DNA of 45,008 nucleotides from Candidatus Brocadiia bacterium (GTDB lineage Bacteria; Planctomycetota; Brocadiia; SM23-32): NCBI GenBank assembly GCA_046538485.1, contig JBKHIT010000039.1, positions 1 to 45,008 of the forward strand, read 5' to 3'. Shown piece by piece: positions 41,234 to 45,008 of this stretch (position 1 is its first letter; each line of letters starts with the position of its first letter). The notes under the pieces were generated by a model. It saw only the letters and a program-made list of their open reading frames with translations, ran no database searches and was not told where the DNA came from. The position numbers and the translations under genes were made by a program.

Positions 41234-41905
41234 TTAATTCCCAATAACACCGTAGCCAAGCAAAATAAAAAGAATGCCAAACAATAATGGCAAAAACCCA
41301 ATCAACGGAATTAATAAAGTCTTCCGGTTCAGGCCGGGTTTCAAAACGGACAACTCGGGTTTGAAAGGTTTATAAAAAACTTCCACCTCTTTTGCTTCCG
41401 GATAATATTCAACTATCTCCTCTGCTAGCTGTTTATTTATAGGAAGATAATCGCCAAAACTATGCTTTTCCCCTATATAATTCCTGTCCTCAACAGAGTA
41501 TTCATATTTTATTTTAATATGACGAGTTGGACCCATTGGTTTCCAACCGCCTCCTCCACTGGCTGGAGTTGTCGCGACAGTTCTCGATTCCACAATACGG
41601 CCCTTTGTTGTTTCCCACCTTGGGCTCTCCAATGCCCTGAAAACCTTCCGTATGCTCAGAAAAAAGATGACTGCACTGCCAACAAACAGCCCCACACCCA
41701 TGACCAATAAAATATTCCTCTCACCCGAACCTGATAAACCGAACAATAACAACGGATCCGCGTCATACGCCAACAAAACCCTGTAGTCGCCGGATGGGAG
41801 CATGACCGCCAATTGCCTCTCCATCAATACAGGGCCAAACCCAAAGAGGCTTTTCGTTAGGGTAAATATACCAACCCGATATCCATTTCTTTTCGAAAGT
41901 TTCAT
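41234..41905 (-). CDS. DUF3592-like membrane protein
   Basis: TM, W.TT.GRI..S, I.YEY.V...Y.G, VEVFY.P..P..SVL, then TM. Start uncertain. Confidence 0.72.
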   Translation of the reverse strand: MKLSKRNGYRVGIFTLTKSLFGFGPVLMERQLAVMLPSGDYRVLLAYDADPLLLFGLSGSGERNILLVMGVGLFVGSAVIFFLSIRKVFRALESPRWETTKGRIVESRTVATTPASGGGGWKPMGPTRHIKIKYEYSVEDRNYIGEKHSFGDYLPINKQLAEEIVEYYPEAKEVEVFYKPFKPELSVLKPGLNRKTLLIPLIGFLPLLFGILFILLGYGVIGN

Positions 41906-41971
41906 CGTCTTTCCTATTTTACTGTAATAACTAAATACAAAACAAGTAAAGTAATCACCTCTCCCAACACC

Positions 41972-43831
41972 TTACCAGACAATGATCCATTCTCCGTCGA
42001 GTTTGCTGAAAAAAAGCTCCATATCTATTTCCCCTTTTCCGGCAGCAAACTTGTCGGGCCCTTCAACTTTTTCTTCGCCTTTTATTAAAGGTTTTCCATC
42101 TTTGGATTCGGCCCTTATGACGCGATTATTTACCAATTTAAAACGCATCCGGTCCGGGAGGGGTTTGATAGCCCAGTGCTCACTATCCATCAGGCCGGAC
42201 AGATGCCTTATTAGCTGTTGTTTTGACTCCTCTTCACTTATTCCCATAAGAACACTTACGGCCTCGGCTTTCCCCGACATAAGGTTCGCGGCTTCCGAGG
42301 CCCTTTTTTCAGCCATAGCCGCGTGTATGCGTTCGACCTGTCTTCGCAGGGATTTTTTCATCTCCTCTGTCACTTCATCAAACAATTCCCCCCGGGTCCA
42401 CGGCATATTCAGCTCCTGGTCCAAATAAAAACTCCTCTGCTTTTTAAATGTTGTGAATACCGTTATACTTACATCCTTAAACGCTGCCCCATGTGCTGCA
42501 ATATCCTTCTTACCGGAAATTCGAAGTTCTATGTGGTCGAACCATTCTGGCAGAACGGATTCGATTTTTTCAAACGGCACCACCGCTTTGCCTCCTTCTA
42601 AAAGATCAATCCTTTCATTTTTGGAGGTCATAATATAAACGTTTTTTGCTACGGGTGCGTTTTTTCCCGATATATCGTATTCAACCTCCTGTATATCCAG
42701 GAGTGGAACACTATGTTTCCCTGTTTCTTCATCATAAAACAGTTGAGTCTTCTCGACAACCAATTTCTGGTCAGTTTCTCTGCGGGTAAAATGAACATCA
42801 AGGGGGGCTTTTTCCGGGCCCTCGAATTCTTCGAATTGCAGAAGTACCGGATTGCCGAATATTGGTATCTCCAAAACATGTGCAGATATTAAATGATCTT
42901 TGCTTTCTTCACCAATAAATTGCCGTATTGCCTCGTTTTCGTCGCCATCGGCGACCATATCACCAAGGCGATAGCTTTGCAGTTTGGACATCCATTGGCC
43001 GATTACCTTATCTTCAGGCCTTTCTTCACGCACATGCTTATAAGCTACAGACTCCAGAGCGACACGATCATGATCATGAGGGCCTACCACCGGGTGGAAA
43101 TCAATAGTAACTGTGTTGCGCCCTTGTTGTAAAAAGGGAGTTATGTCGGTAGAAGCATTGTAAGAGGAGCCCTCCTGACCGGCATTGTCCGCAACTAAAA
43201 AGCCGTTCACCATAACGGATCCTTTTCCCCGGGTTATCTCAGTAGTTGTGTGGAACGTATAGTCCGGCTTGGTCTCTTCCCTTTCAGCTTTTTGAAGATA
43301 CATTTGCACAACATTATTATCAAGAGCAACCAAGTAAAGCTCGCCATCCTCTATCGTGGCCGCAAAACTTTTTTCTGAAACCGGTCGCTTTGCCTCCGAA
43401 GGATATGGAAACTGCACGAAAAAAAGATACTCAGCCTCATCCGGAGGAAAGAAACGAGTATTAGTTATTCTTCCCAGCTCTTTTTTTCTCTCTTCCGTAA
43501 GATTCCTTGCCTGATACGTCACTTCATCCCCTCTTTTCGGTGCCGGACGAATGAGCAGAAAATCAAGATACGCCTTCACTATCTCATTTGCAGGATCACC
43601 ATTTTCACGACAGGTCGGATGCATCAGACCCAGAAGCCCCTCTCTGTCCTCCATCCTCATAGCCTCAAGAATATCGTCGACAAAACCAGCATATTGATCT
43701 TCCGAGAGGTCAGTTTCATTTAAGGAAGGGGACAACCTCACTTCCGAATTTCCCATGGCACCACCAGTGGTGAAACAAAACACCAGCAATAACAAAATGT
43801 ATCTTTTGTGAATCATATTTAAATCTCTCAT
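41972..43831 (-). CDS. Hypothetical exported protein
   Basis: 619-aa ORF with N-terminal signal-like segment; no family recognised. Confidence 0.65.
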   Translation of the reverse strand: MRDLNMIHKRYILLLLVFCFTTGGAMGNSEVRLSPSLNETDLSEDQYAGFVDDILEAMRMEDREGLLGLMHPTCRENGDPANEIVKAYLDFLLIRPAPKRGDEVTYQARNLTEERKKELGRITNTRFFPPDEAEYLFFVQFPYPSEAKRPVSEKSFAATIEDGELYLVALDNNVVQMYLQKAEREETKPDYTFHTTTEITRGKGSVMVNGFLVADNAGQEGSSYNASTDITPFLQQGRNTVTIDFHPVVGPHDHDRVALESVAYKHVREERPEDKVIGQWMSKLQSYRLGDMVADGDENEAIRQFIGEESKDHLISAHVLEIPIFGNPVLLQFEEFEGPEKAPLDVHFTRRETDQKLVVEKTQLFYDEETGKHSVPLLDIQEVEYDISGKNAPVAKNVYIMTSKNERIDLLEGGKAVVPFEKIESVLPEWFDHIELRISGKKDIAAHGAAFKDVSITVFTTFKKQRSFYLDQELNMPWTRGELFDEVTEEMKKSLRRQVERIHAAMAEKRASEAANLMSGKAEAVSVLMGISEEESKQQLIRHLSGLMDSEHWAIKPLPDRMRFKLVNNRVIRAESKDGKPLIKGEEKVEGPDKFAAGKGEIDMELFFSKLDGEWIIVW

Positions 43832-43855
43832 TTTAAAACCACTTTTAATAAAAAA

Positions 43856-44760
43856 TCAATCTCCTCCGAAAACGCCGGGCACTAGAGGTATCTCGGTTTC
43901 GTAAAAGGAATGTCCGTCTATAGCCTGCCAGCTTTCTGTTCGTGACCAAAGCCCCCATATCGCACTTACTTCATATACCACTTCTAAACCTCCCCATCCC
44001 AATTCAGCGCCGCAGGCCAACCTGGGAGGCTCCACATATCCCCTCAAAGTGCCTTCTCCATAGATATTGGTGTTTCCCGAAAGCTCGGCGGAAGCCACGC
44101 CATGAAGAGCTGTTACCTTTCCTCCGAGGGTTACGCCAATTGCTCCCGCCAGCGACCCCCCGCCATAAAAATCGTCTTGTTCTGCATCTTTCCCGACATC
44201 CGCTTCAAGGCTGATACTGCCTGAACCGCCTATAAAAGCCTGAGCATCAATTAAAAAGGTTGGGACGCCTGCAAGAGCGGCTCCGCTAAAGTATACCCTG
44301 ACACCAGCTTCACCCGTTAAACCACCGCTTAGCTCCCATGCGTAACCAACCCTGTGGCTGTTTCCTATTTCCTCATACTGATTTTGAAACCCAACAGACC
44401 CAGAAAAATCGGGTTTGGGGTCCCAATTAAAGTAACCAATAGTCCCTGCCCTCCTCCCCGCTCTCTCCAGCTTGTCTAACAATTTAACAAAATCGTCGAC
44501 ATCGGGCGCTCTAACACTTTGCTCATTTACCACATCCGGATAAGCGAAAACCGATCTCTCTTTTGTACCGCTGTCCGGCAACGGTTCGCAAACGATACTA
44601 TAGACTTCCGGATCCAGGTCGTAAAGGAAAAAGTCGGTAACGTCGAAACCAGAAGCATTGAAGGATACCTCGGTGCCTTGCAGTTCTTTGGTATCGTCAC
44701 CATTAGAAATTGTCCATTTAGGATATTCGTCAGGATAAGTAATATCCGAACTGGGTTGGC
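43856..44760 (-). pseudogene. C-terminal fragment of a larger Gly-rich beta-strand protein, cut by an element end
   Basis: The first 29 aa of ORF 43856-44848 (MKNASKPSERPLKS..LWSDPY) are read from the element end; no native start is visible before the junction at 44761. Confidence 0.65.
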
Positions 44761-44761
44761 T

Positions 44762-44954
44762 ATAGGGGTCGGACCATAACATATCGTTGCTGATACTCAC
44801 TTTACAACTTTTCAGGGGCCGCTCAGAGGGCTTAGAAGCGTTTTTCACCCCCTCAAAAATGGCTGTAAGAGGGCGAAGCTTCTCTGACGCGCCAGCTATC
44901 CTCTCCTGGATCGCCAGTAGGCTCCAGTTTTATCCGGGCTCTCCTTCCAAGTTT
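44762..44954 (-). mobile_element. Partial copy of the RAYT element end, including the transposase 3' end
   Basis: Matches 37114-37306 with one visible mismatch (TTTACCAC vs TTTACAAC). Confidence 0.9.
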
Positions 44955-45008
44955 TGGCTATAGGGGTCGGACCATAACATATCGTTGCTGATACTCACTT
45001 TACAACTT
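44954..45008 (-). repeat. Tandem re-start of the same element end, running off the window edge
   Basis: Identical to 44756-44810, including the flanking TTGGCT. Confidence 0.8.

Noticed and set aside
32974..45008. CRISPR array or integron attC array
   Set aside because: Repeats are irregularly spaced, in both orientations and up to kilobases apart. The hairpin order is TTAG..CTAA, the reverse of attC (AAC..GTT), and there is no tyrosine integrase in the window.

Overview
Probably a PVC-superphylum (Planctomycetota/Lentisphaerota-like) bacterium, inferred from several prepilin-type N-methyl/H-X9-DG (DUF1559-like) genes among carbohydrate-active genes. Bases 1-32.9 kb are mostly minus-strand sugar/sulfate catabolism genes: a Gfo/Idh/MocA oxidoreductase, two URO-D-family proteins, two beta-propeller glycosidase-like proteins, a GH20/GH84-like protein, a sulfatase, an M42 peptidase, an SPL-like radical SAM protein and a ROK-regulated operon. 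The intergenic spaces carry several REP-like hairpin families and an apparently complete endonuclease-less group II intron (about 7910-9908) that seems to have inserted into a REP-like hairpin. Bases 32.9-45 kb are the most unusual part: RHS polymorphic-toxin fragments and putative immunity/lipoprotein genes, where almost every junction coincides with a roughly 105-bp structured end of a RAYT/HUH (Y1) transposase element (GGGG[T/A]CG[G/T]AC terminus, an internal GGGG box and a subterminal TTAG...TAAG hairpin). This includes an intact element, an internally deleted derivative and several solo ends, suggesting HUH-driven capture or shuffling of toxin cassettes. Three prepilin-type genes carry apparent +1 frameshifts in homopolymer runs. 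All product calls come from reading motifs by eye, not from database searches.
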